A stretch of DNA of 64,000 bases from positions 1,952,001-2,016,000 of the forward strand of contig CBDEGZ010000003.1 of the NCBI GenBank assembly GCA_965238175.1, written 5' to 3'. The translations under genes and the position numbers were made by a program. The stretch's first letter is position 1. Each line of letters begins with the position of its first letter. Positions 42,851 to 52,302 of this stretch are shown here, one piece after another. This stretch comes from Gammaproteobacteria bacterium. Lineage in GTDB: Bacteria > Pseudomonadota > Gammaproteobacteria > CAJXQU01. The notes beneath the pieces are model-generated. The model was not told where the DNA came from, did no database searches, and saw only the letters and a program-made list of their open reading frames with translations.

Positions 42851-43462
42851 TTATTCAGATCCGTCTTTTTGAAAAATAAGACACCTATTGTTTGCAGGCA
42901 TCGAGATTTCATCGATCAGTTTAAGTTGATTAATGTTAGCCAAACTGATCAGCTTCTCTAAATGCCTAATACCACTTAAAGGATTTTGTCGTTTCAACCA
43001 GACATCGAACTGGGCATTGCTTTCACTTGTATATGTTCCGTTTTTGTTAAAAGGACCGTAACAGCAAAACTTTGCATTAGGCAGCAGGTGTTTTCCTAAA
43101 CGTGAAAACAATATCTCTACTTCCGACCAGCTCATAATGTGTAATGTATTCGCTGTAAAAACTGCTTTCAAATTTTGATGTGGCCAAGGATCATCTCGCA
43201 CATCTAGTTTAATTGGATCCTGAATATTATTGATCTTACCGAGTTGAGCTTCAGATACCCATTGTTGAATGCCTTGTAGATTATCTAACTGATCTGTTGG
43301 CTGCCATATAACGTGTGGTAAATGTTTTGCGAAAAAAGAAGCGTGTTGTCCAGTGCCACTTCCAATTTCAATAAGCTCACAAGGATCATTGAAAACGCGT
43401 TCTAATACATTAAGAATATATTGTTTGTTATTTTCGCAGGCTTGAGAAAAGGGTTTTTTCAT
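42851..43462 (-). CDS. DUF938-family SAM methyltransferase
   Basis: SQACENNK, EIGSGTGQH, WQPTD, NTLHIMSW, YGPF, MPANN. Confidence 0.9.
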   Translation of the reverse strand: MKKPFSQACENNKQYILNVLERVFNDPCELIEIGSGTGQHASFFAKHLPHVIWQPTDQLDNLQGIQQWVSEAQLGKINNIQDPIKLDVRDDPWPHQNLKAVFTANTLHIMSWSEVEILFSRLGKHLLPNAKFCCYGPFNKNGTYTSESNAQFDVWLKRQNPLSGIRHLEKLISLANINQLKLIDEISMPANNRCLIFQKDGSE

Positions 43463-43577
43463 GACTGTTCTGATTATAAATTGAATGTTTATCTTTATGG
43501 GTAGTAATATGCCTATTATTTATTACAAAGTCTGCAAAAATTTAGATGGCTATAGAAAATAAAAGCGACAGAGCGTT

Positions 43578-44756
43578 ATGAAAATAATGCAGATCAATAA
43601 TCTCTCTGAAATATCGTGTGATAAATGGAACCAACTTCTTGATAGCGGCTATCCTTTTTTACGATATGAATTTCTAGCAGCATTGGAAAATAGTGGTGCG
43701 GTCAGTGAACATACCGGTTGGATGCCAAGGCATTGTCTCGTTTATGATGATACATTTCAGGAACAAACCTTGGTCGCTGTGATGCCTCTTTATGAAAAAA
43801 CACACTCTTATGGAGAGTACGTATTTGATCATAATTGGGCGAAGGCATACGAGCATCATGAAATTGATTATTATCCTAAATGGCTCACAGCTATACCATT
43901 CACTCCTTGCGAAGGTAATCGACTATTAGTTAAACAAGGTGAAGATCGTGTGAAAATATATGGTGCAGTTATCGATTATCTTCAAACAAAAGCAGGTGAA
44001 GAAAATATTTCCTCTTGGCATTGTTTATTTCCGACCATAGAAGAAGTAGAAATATTTAAACAAAAGAAACTTAATATCAGAGAAGGTGTGCAGTTCCGAT
44101 GGTCTAACCAAGGCTATACTGATTTTGAAGATTTTCTTTCTACGTTTAGTGCAAAAAAAAGAAAAAATGTAAAGCGTGAACGTCGTTGGGTAAATGAGCA
44201 AGAAATAACGTTACGACAAATTCCTGGATCACAAATAACAGAGAGTCAATGGTTAGCTTTTTTTCAGTTTTATCAAATGACTTACTTGAAAAGAAAGATG
44301 TCTCCTTATTTGAACATTAGTTTTTTTCACGAGTTAAGTGAAACCATGCCCGAACAGTTACTAATGGTGATGGCAGAAAAACGGGGCAAGTACGTAGGCG
44401 CTGCTTTGAGTTTGATCGGTGGTGACACACTTTTTGGTCGTTATTGGGGTTGTTATGATGAGTATCATAGCTTGCACTTTGAGGCTTGTTATTATCAAGG
44501 TCTGGAATATTGCATCGATAACAAACTCCAGCGTTTTGATTCTGGCGCACAAGGTGAACACAAAATCAGCCGCGGTTTTGAGCCAGTGACGACTTCCTCA
44601 GCTCATTGGGTTAAAGATCAAAACTTTTCGATTGCAGTTGACCGATATGTCAGGCAAGAGGCTGAAGCCATGGATGAATATAAACAACAAGTGGTGAAAC
44701 TATTACCGTTTAAAAACATCATAGAACAAGACCTAAAGAATAATACAAAGAAATAA
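43578..44756 (+). CDS. GNAT/FemAB-like protein (COG3146-type)
   Basis: HSYGEYVFD..WA, YYPK, KKRKNVKRER, GRYWG, HFEACYYQG, GAQGEHK..RGF. Confidence 0.9.
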   Translation: MKIMQINNLSEISCDKWNQLLDSGYPFLRYEFLAALENSGAVSEHTGWMPRHCLVYDDTFQEQTLVAVMPLYEKTHSYGEYVFDHNWAKAYEHHEIDYYPKWLTAIPFTPCEGNRLLVKQGEDRVKIYGAVIDYLQTKAGEENISSWHCLFPTIEEVEIFKQKKLNIREGVQFRWSNQGYTDFEDFLSTFSAKKRKNVKRERRWVNEQEITLRQIPGSQITESQWLAFFQFYQMTYLKRKMSPYLNISFFHELSETMPEQLLMVMAEKRGKYVGAALSLIGGDTLFGRYWGCYDEYHSLHFEACYYQGLEYCIDNKLQRFDSGAQGEHKISRGFEPVTTSSAHWVKDQNFSIAVDRYVRQEAEAMDEYKQQVVKLLPFKNIIEQDLKNNTKK

Positions 44757-44793
44757 AAAATAATCACCTTATCAATTCAAATTGAGGTAAAAA

Positions 44794-45636
44794 ATGACAC
44801 GTACAAAATATTTAATTACAGGTTTAATTTTGATCATTAATAGTACATCACAGGCTGAAATGAGTGGCATGATTCAGCAAGCAATGGTCGGTGATCATAG
44901 AGAACAGGTGAATATCTCACGGAATGTTTTTAGACACCCGGTAGAAACGCTGACTTTCTTTGGTTTAAAGCCGGAGATGACGGTTGTTGAGATCTGGCCC
45001 GGAGGTGGTTGGTATACAGAAATACTCGCACCTATAATGAGAGAGCAGGGTATATTCTATGCGGCAGGTTTTGCCATGACTGCAGATCGCACACCAAACT
45101 GGCGCAAAGACTATCATAAAAAGTTTACGAAAAAACTAGAGAAAGCCCCGGCAGTTTATGATCATATTGTAGTGACTGAACTCGGCATTCCTGAACGCAC
45201 CACAATGGCTCCTCCCGGTACAGCCGATATAGTGCTAACTTTCCGTAACGTTCATAATTGGTTAAAGGGTGACTATGCGGAAAAAATGTTTGAAGTGATG
45301 GCCCGAGCATTAAAACCTGATGGTATTCTTGGCCTGGTAGAACATCGTGCAAAACCTGGCACCTCAATTGAAGAAATGAAAATTAGTGGTTATATGACGG
45401 AAGCGCATGTCATCGCAATGGCTGAAAAAGCAGGTTTTTTGCTTGAAGAAAAATCCGATATTAATGCCAATAGAAAAGATACAGCTAATCACCCCACTGG
45501 TGTATGGACACTACCACCGTCTTTGCGACATTGTAAAAAAATAGAGGATCCAACAACACGAGATCAATGTACTAAAAAATACACTACTATCGGTGAGTCA
45601 GATCGGATGACATTGAGGTTCCGTAAAGTTAAATAG
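44794..45636 (+). CDS. exported class I SAM-dependent methyltransferase
   Basis: Signal peptide; RHPVETLTFFG, VVEIWPGGGWYTEILAP, LTFRNVHNW, GVWTLPP, IGESDRMTLRF. Confidence 0.88.
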   Translation: MTRTKYLITGLILIINSTSQAEMSGMIQQAMVGDHREQVNISRNVFRHPVETLTFFGLKPEMTVVEIWPGGGWYTEILAPIMREQGIFYAAGFAMTADRTPNWRKDYHKKFTKKLEKAPAVYDHIVVTELGIPERTTMAPPGTADIVLTFRNVHNWLKGDYAEKMFEVMARALKPDGILGLVEHRAKPGTSIEEMKISGYMTEAHVIAMAEKAGFLLEEKSDINANRKDTANHPTGVWTLPPSLRHCKKIEDPTTRDQCTKKYTTIGESDRMTLRFRKVK

Positions 45637-45701
45637 ACATTCGTAGCCCTAAACTAGAATTTCCCGAAGTGTATATTGAGGTATGAGTTATTGATCTTAT
45701 T

Positions 45702-47117
45702 TTGAGTAATAAAAACAAAATAAACCTTATGTGGTTTCGACAAGATCTAAGAGTATCTGACAACCCGGCTTTTATCGCAGCCGTGAATAACGGTTCCATT
45801 GTCCCAATCTATATTCTAGATGATATCAATGCTGGAGATCACAAAATGGGTGAGGCAAGTAGAGTCTGGCTTTACTATGCCTTAGATGATTTAAACCAAT
45901 CATTGAATGGACGACTTAAATTTTTTGTGGGTAACGCAGAAAAAATTATTTCGCAGTTATGTGATAACTATGAGATCAATTCAGTTTATTGGAACCGATG
46001 TTACGAACCGTGGCGAATTGCATGTGATCAAACGATAAGAAATAATCTAAAATCCAAAGCGATAGGAGTACATAGTTATAATGGAAGCTTGTTGTGGGAA
46101 CCCTGGGAAGTTTTAAAAGCAGACGGAATGCCATACAAAGTCTTTACACCGTTTTATCGAAGACGTTGTTTGAGTGCAAGTCCGCCTAGACAACCTTATC
46201 CAGCGCCCGAAAAAATTCAATTTTCGCTGGTTGATGTTGAGTGCTTAACGTTAAAAGGTTTGCGGCTTTTACCGACAGTTAAATGGGATGAAAAATTTTC
46301 GAATGTTTGGGATATGACAGTAAAAGGTGCGGTTAATACCTTAAATCAATTTATTGAAGGAGGAATAACGAATTACAAAAAAGGTCACGATTCACCTGCT
46401 GAAAAATCTGTTTCGCGACTCTCTGCCTATTTGCATTTTGGACAACTTTCGCCACAACAGATCTGGCATGAGACACTGAAAAAACAGCAGGATGATAATG
46501 TTGATCATTTCCAAAGTGAACTTGGATGGCGCGAATTTTCATATTCTCTGTTGTTTCACTTCCCTCATTTACCAAAACAGAATTTGCAACAAAAATTCGA
46601 TCGTTTCCCTTGGCAAAATAACCCGTCTCATATCACTGCATGGCAGCAAGGAAATACAGGCTATCCTATCGTTGATGCAGGTATGCGAGAGCTATGGAAA
46701 ACCGGATATATGCATAACCGAGTTAGAATGATTGTGGGATCATTTCTGGTTAAGAATTTATTGGTGAATTGGCGTGTTGGAGAGGCCTGGTTCTGGAATT
46801 GTTTAGTCGATGCTGACTTAGCTAACAATAGTGCAAGCTGGCAATGGATAGCGGGTTGTGGTGCTGACGCAGCACCGTATTTTAGAATCTTTAATCCCAT
46901 AACACAGGGTGAAAAGTTTGATACTAAAGGAGTTTACACACGTAAATTTGTACCAGAGCTAAAAGATCTACCCGACAAATATTTATTTAAGCCTTTTGCC
47001 GCACCAGAAGAAATACTACAACAGGCAGGTGTTGTGTTAGGAGAAAATTATCCTCACCCCATCGTTGATCTGAAATATTCACGAGAACGTGCATTAGAGA
47101 CATTCAAATCTTTATAA
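45702..47117 (+). CDS. phrB: deoxyribodipyrimidine photolyase (class I/III CPD photolyase)
   Basis: WFRQDLRVSDNPA, SRLSAYLHFG, ELGWREF, TGYMHNRVRM, WQWIAGCGADAAPYFRIFNP. Confidence 0.94.
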   Translation: MSNKNKINLMWFRQDLRVSDNPAFIAAVNNGSIVPIYILDDINAGDHKMGEASRVWLYYALDDLNQSLNGRLKFFVGNAEKIISQLCDNYEINSVYWNRCYEPWRIACDQTIRNNLKSKAIGVHSYNGSLLWEPWEVLKADGMPYKVFTPFYRRRCLSASPPRQPYPAPEKIQFSLVDVECLTLKGLRLLPTVKWDEKFSNVWDMTVKGAVNTLNQFIEGGITNYKKGHDSPAEKSVSRLSAYLHFGQLSPQQIWHETLKKQQDDNVDHFQSELGWREFSYSLLFHFPHLPKQNLQQKFDRFPWQNNPSHITAWQQGNTGYPIVDAGMRELWKTGYMHNRVRMIVGSFLVKNLLVNWRVGEAWFWNCLVDADLANNSASWQWIAGCGADAAPYFRIFNPITQGEKFDTKGVYTRKFVPELKDLPDKYLFKPFAAPEEILQQAGVVLGENYPHPIVDLKYSRERALETFKSL

Positions 47118-47297
47118 GAAGTGTCTTTGTATCTGACCTAGGCTGACGAAGCGATGCAAGCCTAACATTACATTGTTTCGATTTTTGTAGAATTTCGGCA
47201 GGGTTCGATGTCGAATGTGCGAGCGATCAACATATCACTTTCAGAACGTGTAAGTAACACAAAAACGAAAACTCCTTTTTGTTTAGACCAAGAAAGC

Positions 47298-47430
47298 CAA
47301 TTTAATGGTCAATAATACTATTAATGACCATTAAATTGATCATTCTTATTGACTCAAATACTCATTCTTGTTAATAATGAGTATTATAGTGGTCATTTTA
47401 CCACTTAATGAATATTTAAATAGACATTGT
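47298..47430. promoter_or_regulatory. operator array upstream of the hipBA-type operon
   Basis: Perfect 14-bp inverted repeat CAATTTAATGGTCA/TGACCATTAAATTG (47298-47338), plus related imperfect palindromes ATGAGTATTATAGTGGTCAT and ATGAATATTTAAATAGACAT. Confidence 0.7.
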
Positions 47431-47434
47431 AGAA

Positions 47435-47773
47435 TTGGAAATGAAAAAAAAACGCACCTATTCAAAACCAGCCTTAGAAGTCACCATCTTGCTTGGTGAG
47501 CAGATCAAACTTGCTCGTAAGCAACGTAAATGGAATGAGCAAACGCTGGCAGATCGTGCCGGTATTTCACGTACAACACTTCAGAAAATCGAGAAAGGAG
47601 ATATGACATGTGCTATCGGTTTGGTTTTTGAGGTAGCGTCTTTGGTTGGCGTTAACCTCTTTGAGCAGGACAAACGTTCACTAACCTCACAAATTGAACA
47701 AACACGTGACAAGGTTGCGCTTCTCCCACAAAAAATTAAACTCAAACGAAAGATTGTAAAAGATGACTTCTAA
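47435..47773 (+). CDS. XRE-family HTH antitoxin (HipB-like)
   Basis: IKLARKQRKW....LADRAGISRTTLQKIEKG; overlaps the hipA start. Confidence 0.88.
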   Translation: MEMKKKRTYSKPALEVTILLGEQIKLARKQRKWNEQTLADRAGISRTTLQKIEKGDMTCAIGLVFEVASLVGVNLFEQDKRSLTSQIEQTRDKVALLPQKIKLKRKIVKDDF

Positions 47774-49043
47774 CACCGGTTTAAAAACTCACGAAGATGA
47801 AGCATTTGTCTGGATTTGGCTACCGGGTCAAGATGAGCCAGTCGTCGCTGGACGGCTTGAAGTTGATAATGGTCAGATTGTATTTAACTATGGTCAGAGT
47901 TATCTGGAGCGAATAAATGACACGTGTCCCGCTATATCTATTTATGACCCCGAATTACCTCTGCAACCCGGCATTATAATGCCGGAAGACGGACTCAGTA
48001 TGGCAGGCTGCATTCGTGATGCTGCGCCTGATGTCTGGGGGAGGCGCGTCATTATGAACAAGGTCTTCGGTTCAAAAGGCACTCATGTCGAAACATCAGA
48101 TTTGAGCGAGCTGACTTATTTACTGCAATCAGGATCAGACCGTATTGGAGCACTAGATTTTCAGCACTCGCCAACCGAATATATTCCACGCAATGCCACA
48201 AATGTGCCTATAGAAGAACTTATTACTTCTGCTGAACGCGTTCAAAAAGGTGTGCCGCTTACATCAGAACTAGATCAAGCCTTACTCCATGGCAGCTCCA
48301 TCGGTGGTGCCCGCCCTAAAGCATTGATTGAAGATCAGGGTAAAAAATACGTGGTAAAATTCTCATCAAGTTCAGATCTTTACAGCGTTGTAAAAGCTGA
48401 GTTCGTTGCTATGCGGCTAGCGAAGCTTGCTGGGCTGAATGTTGCAGAGGTTCGTTTAGAACAAGCTGCTGGCAAGGATGTGCTTTTGATTGAACGTTTT
48501 GATCGAAAAAAACGTGGCGATAGCTGGATACGTAAATCAATGGTATCGGCACTGACGATACTTGGGCTTGATGACATGATAGCCAGATACGCTAGCTATG
48601 AAACACTTGCAGAGAGAATACGTCAGCGATTTATCGATCCAAAAGCGACATTAGAAGAGCTATTTTCGAGATTGGTATTTAACATCCTTTGTGGCAATAC
48701 GGATGATCATGCCCGCAATCACGCGGCATTTTGGGACGGCAAAGAATTAACCCTAACGCCTGCCTATGACATCTGCCCACAAGGTCGTACAGGTAATGAG
48801 GCTTCACAAGCAATGCTCATTAGCGGCAATAATAATCTTAGCCAACTTAATACGTGCCTTAAAACGGGGCATAATTTTCTACTATCAACAAAAAAAGTAC
48901 AGCAAGTTTTTGATTGCCAGATTACCTGTATTGAAGAGAATTGGGACAGCGTCTGCGAAGAAGCAAACTTAAGCAAGGTCGATAAAAGCAGCCTGTGGGG
49001 ACGACAGTTTTTGAATAATTTTTCTTTGATGAGGGATGATTAA
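47763..49043 (+). CDS. hipA: HipA-family Ser/Thr kinase toxin
   Basis: GSSIGGARPKA P-loop, LLIERFDR, GNTDDHARNH catalytic motif, LTPAYD. Confidence 0.92.
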   Translation: MTSNTGLKTHEDEAFVWIWLPGQDEPVVAGRLEVDNGQIVFNYGQSYLERINDTCPAISIYDPELPLQPGIIMPEDGLSMAGCIRDAAPDVWGRRVIMNKVFGSKGTHVETSDLSELTYLLQSGSDRIGALDFQHSPTEYIPRNATNVPIEELITSAERVQKGVPLTSELDQALLHGSSIGGARPKALIEDQGKKYVVKFSSSSDLYSVVKAEFVAMRLAKLAGLNVAEVRLEQAAGKDVLLIERFDRKKRGDSWIRKSMVSALTILGLDDMIARYASYETLAERIRQRFIDPKATLEELFSRLVFNILCGNTDDHARNHAAFWDGKELTLTPAYDICPQGRTGNEASQAMLISGNNNLSQLNTCLKTGHNFLLSTKKVQQVFDCQITCIEENWDSVCEEANLSKVDKSSLWGRQFLNNFSLMRDD

Positions 49044-49281
49044 TCTTCTAAGTAAGATGAAATAACTACTCAATGTCGTGTTGGTCAATCAGGTGTGCGT
49101 GTTTTGAGGTTGTCAAAGCATAAGTCGCTGGATACTGCTCGCCCCACTATCATTACGGGTGTTGATATTGTTGACGAGACCATTAATTGCGTTATAGACG
49201 TGTTGACCTATTTAATTTCTTTTTGAAGCTATAAATTAGAAAATATCTGACGAAATTCACACTTAAAGCCTCAATAATGCC

Positions 49282-49308
49282 TAAAGTAAGTATCAATCGA
49301 GCCGATAT
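49282..49308 (+). promoter_or_regulatory. sigma-28 (FliA)-type promoter
   Basis: TAAA (49282-85), 15-nt spacer, GCCGATAT (49301-08), against the consensus TAAA-N15-GCCGATAA. Confidence 0.7.
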
Positions 49309-49356
49309 AATTAAACTTGAGTTTAAATATTTGATTAAGCTAAGGAGCAATAAAAA

Positions 49357-49548
49357 ATGAACCTTTCAAAATCTATCCCCAAAACTGTAATTACTATTTC
49401 TCTTTTAACCGGTTTTATGCTTACTTCAACAGCACACGCAACTTCTGTTCCAATTAACATACCAGAACCAGGTACTCTGGCTCTAGCAAGTATTGGTTTA
49501 TTGGGCATGATTGCAGGACGTAAATGGAAAAAGAAATCAAGCAGCTAA
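49357..49548 (+). CDS. minimal PEP-CTERM (exosortase substrate) protein
   Basis: AAGGAG RBS; signal peptide ending AHA; IPEPGTLALASIGLLGM TM segment followed by basic RKWKKK. Confidence 0.88.
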   Translation: MNLSKSIPKTVITISLLTGFMLTSTAHATSVPINIPEPGTLALASIGLLGMIAGRKWKKKSSS

Positions 49549-49577
49549 ACGAAGTATATTTAAGTTGACAGTTATTT

Positions 49578-49615
49578 AGCCTCGTTAGGTTTAACCCGAC
49601 GAGGCTTTTTATTTT
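49578..49615 (+). terminator. rho-independent terminator
   Basis: AGCCTCGT...ACGAGGCT stem followed by TTTTATTTT. Confidence 0.85.
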
Positions 49616-50064
49616 CTATCCTTTCGTATTTCACAAAACTGTAATGGTCTAAATTGTTTGTGAGCTGGCCCAGATAACTAGTTATTACTACCCTTAACCC
49701 ATTGTTTCAATTGTCTTAATTGAGCCTTCTTGAACAGCATGACGGAAGTTGCCTTGATATGTATAAATCGATACTTGAGCTCGCAGACATTGTTCGACGA
49801 GATCACAATCTATCCGGCAGAGAACGCCTACAAGCAGACACTCGACAACTGAAAGAAATTTATTTACTACCATTCAGCTGGTTTTGCATGTGATAACTAA
49901 GCAGGATAAATAATTGTGTGAATTACGTTCGACGGAATAAGAGTCGAGCCAAAATAATCAAACCATTCTATTCAACTACATATCGTTGTTCTATATGACC
50001 GCCAAATCATATTAGTGGTGGAGTGAGTCACGAAAAACTCTATGCTTTGTGTGTTCTATTGAGT

Positions 50065-50098
50065 CAGAATCGAACTGCCGACACAAGGATTTTCAGTC
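50065..50098 (-). repeat. tRNA-Phe 3'-half fragment (att-like), copy 1
   Basis: Reverse complement GACTGAAAATCCTTGTGTCGGCAGTTCGATTCTG contains the GAA anticodon loop and TTCGA T-loop; there is no 5' half. Confidence 0.75.
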
Positions 50099-50391
50099 AA
50101 ACGGATGGAATTTCATCTCTTTACATTCAATAACTTACCGGTGCGCCCATTGGTCTGTTTACATGACAATGTACAACTGTGCAGGACAGAATTACGCAAA
50201 ACTCACGCAAGAATTAATACCTTTAAACGGTCTTGTTTATTTATAATTCGTCCAAAGCGATGACCAATAAGCAGACGGGGTATGTCCAGTTTTCGAGGCA
50301 TGAATAGGATCTTTCGATCCATATTTCGCAAGATATTGCGCGTGGTGAAACCGACTCTTCATTCGAAGAAACTCGAAATCAAGGGACTTTT

Positions 50392-51030
50392 ATGACACGT
50401 CAAAAGTGCGCTCAAATGGCGATTGATCTCACTGGAAAGTTGCTTGAACGTGAAGATGTTGCAGAAACCACTCTCGATTTTGAAAGGGAAAGTTCCTACC
50501 AGGATGCGTCTAGTTATGTTGCAGAGGAGCCTATAATAAACCCAAAACAAAGCGATAACTCTTCTTCTATTGACCTGTCTCCCAGCTTCTTTCATGAGCC
50601 TGTATCAACAAATTCTGATGATAATATTGTCAGAAAAGCGAGCGATTTACCTCCATATAAGAAGTCAAATATTGACGCGGATCCTACTCCTGTAAACGAA
50701 GCTACAGACGTTGAGGAATTGGTGAAAAGCATCAAAGAGAAGGAGGCTGAAGCAGCAAAAGAATTTCTGAAAAAAATGGATCGTAAGGGGCAAATCAACA
50801 AGCTTCGTGACCAAATTAGACAGTCAGACGAAGCTGGTTTTCACCAAGATGAAATCGCTAAATTGAATAAAGCCATTGATCATATAGATGATGCATCAAA
50901 CCTTAGAGACCGTGAGATTATGGCATTAAGAAAAGATGTTGAAAATATGGGCTCTCAAGATGATCAGGCTAAATTATCTCCTCTCAAAGGAGGTTCAAAA
51001 CACGATCGTGATCAAGGTTATGAACGTTAA
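50392..51030 (+). pseudogene. probable 5'-truncated C-terminal fragment of a relaxase/mobilisation protein
   Basis: The frame is open upstream of the ATG to ~50308, there is a coiled-coil region, and it ends in HDRDQGYER, like the basic/acidic tails of type IV secretion substrates. Confidence 0.45.
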
Positions 51031-51144
51031 TCTTTATTAGCTCAGATCGGAACTGATAGCCTGACAGGCTTCGGCATCGTATTCTATTATGTTAGGCATG
51101 ACGCTCAGGAGTTCTTTCACTATATTTTACGCTTTTATTAGACG

Positions 51145-51465
51145 TTATCTAAACCACGCTGAATAATTATATATTCCCAAGATAACCACCAATTCCAATG
51201 CAAAAATAAGAAGTAGAAACTTAATATAATTATTTCTAATCTTAATATAACTTTCAAAGTATTGAATATCCTTTTTATCGATATCCTTCTTCCATGAACT
51301 ATTGAAAGGCATGATATATTTCAAATGAGAAGAGATAGAATATTTTTTAATTATTTCTTTAGGCAAAATATCTTTAAAAGAGATATAAAATAATAGTATT
51401 ACATACCCAACTATCTGAACAAAGATCAATAGAAAAAAAGTATAAACTAAAAAACGTAATGACAT
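51145..51465 (-). CDS. putative immunity protein of the Rhs toxin (two TM helices)
   Basis: Very AT-rich, 22 bp downstream of the toxin ORF, hydrophobic segments at both ends. Confidence 0.7.
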   Translation of the reverse strand: MSLRFLVYTFFLLIFVQIVGYVILLFYISFKDILPKEIIKKYSISSHLKYIMPFNSSWKKDIDKKDIQYFESYIKIRNNYIKFLLLIFALELVVILGIYNYSAWFR

Positions 51466-51487
51466 ATCGTTTACGCCTACATTAATC

Positions 51488-52300
51488 TTAAAGAGCTAAA
51501 AGATAAGGAGCAATTGTTGCACAGGTAGCACCGGCAACAGCGATTACTCCAGCCAGACCAAGAGACTCACCGCCAATGTTCAATTGTAATTTTGCAGTTT
51601 CAAGCGCTAATTCCTGGATTTTTGCATTAAATGGTAATTTTTCTGCTGCAGTCAGACATTTATCCTTCTCTGCTTCTAAGTCAGAAATTTTTGCTTGAAG
51701 TTCTTCATATCTTAATAAGGCACTAGATATTGTGGAAATTGATCCTGACTTGCTATAGGCAGCTAAGGCTCCGCAAGCAAGGCCTGCCGCTATTCCAACA
51801 GGAGTTATCAACCCACTTCTGTCCGTTCTAGTGATTGGATTTCCACTCACATACCCATAAGTATTAATCCCACCCCTCAACCCAATCGGGTCACTCGTAA
51901 CATACCGACCAATACTCGGATCATAAGTGCGAAAGTAATTATAGTGCAGCCCCGTCTCCGCATCAAAATACTGCCCAGGGAAGCGCACATTATTCGTCAC
52001 CGTCTCTGTCGTCACAGTTGCCTTCCCAAACGGATCATACCCCGCCTGCCAGACAATATTCTGGTTTGCATCCGTCAGCACCTGTGGGGTGCCCAGATGA
52101 TCGTTGTGGTAGTAACTGATCTCTGTCGCTGAAGCACTCGCCGTTAATCCCGCTATAAACAATAGTCTGAACATTTTACTGAGTGTTTTACCTACTTCCA
52201 TTATTAAACCTGTCATGGGTTTTCTTCCTTTCATGGCGATTACTGCTGCCGCTTGTCTTTTTTGATCAATCATGTCGTTGTTTGTTTTCGTCTGTCTCAT
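51488..52300 (-). CDS. Rhs core-end (RHS repeat-associated core) plus C-terminal toxin tip, with its own signal-like N-terminus
   Basis: MFRLLFIAGLTASASA then YYHNDHLGTP...RFPGQYFDAETGLHYNYFRTYDPSIGRYVTSDPIGL.GGINTYGYV.GNPITRTDRSG, then a ~107-aa variable tip. Confidence 0.9.
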   Translation of the reverse strand: MRQTKTNNDMIDQKRQAAAVIAMKGRKPMTGLIMEVGKTLSKMFRLLFIAGLTASASATEISYYHNDHLGTPQVLTDANQNIVWQAGYDPFGKATVTTETVTNNVRFPGQYFDAETGLHYNYFRTYDPSIGRYVTSDPIGLRGGINTYGYVSGNPITRTDRSGLITPVGIAAGLACGALAAYSKSGSISTISSALLRYEELQAKISDLEAEKDKCLTAAEKLPFNAKIQELALETAKLQLNIGGESLGLAGVIAVAGATCATIAPYLLAL

Positions 52301-52302
52301 GA

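Noticed and set aside
47139-47166. TAGGCT...AGCCTA hairpin with GCCTAAC (REP- or attC-like)
   Set aside because: Single copy with no matching GTTRRRY partner at a suitable distance.
50065-50098. Functional tRNA-Phe gene
   Set aside because: The D-arm and acceptor stem are missing; it is only a fragment.
50049-50246. 65-aa ORF over the tRNA fragment
   Set aside because: Translates att/tRNA-derived sequence; no RBS or protein-like features.
51059-51097. GCCTGACA...TGTTAGGC inverted repeat as an attC site
   Set aside because: Too short and lacks inner L boxes; more likely a terminator-type hairpin between convergent genes.
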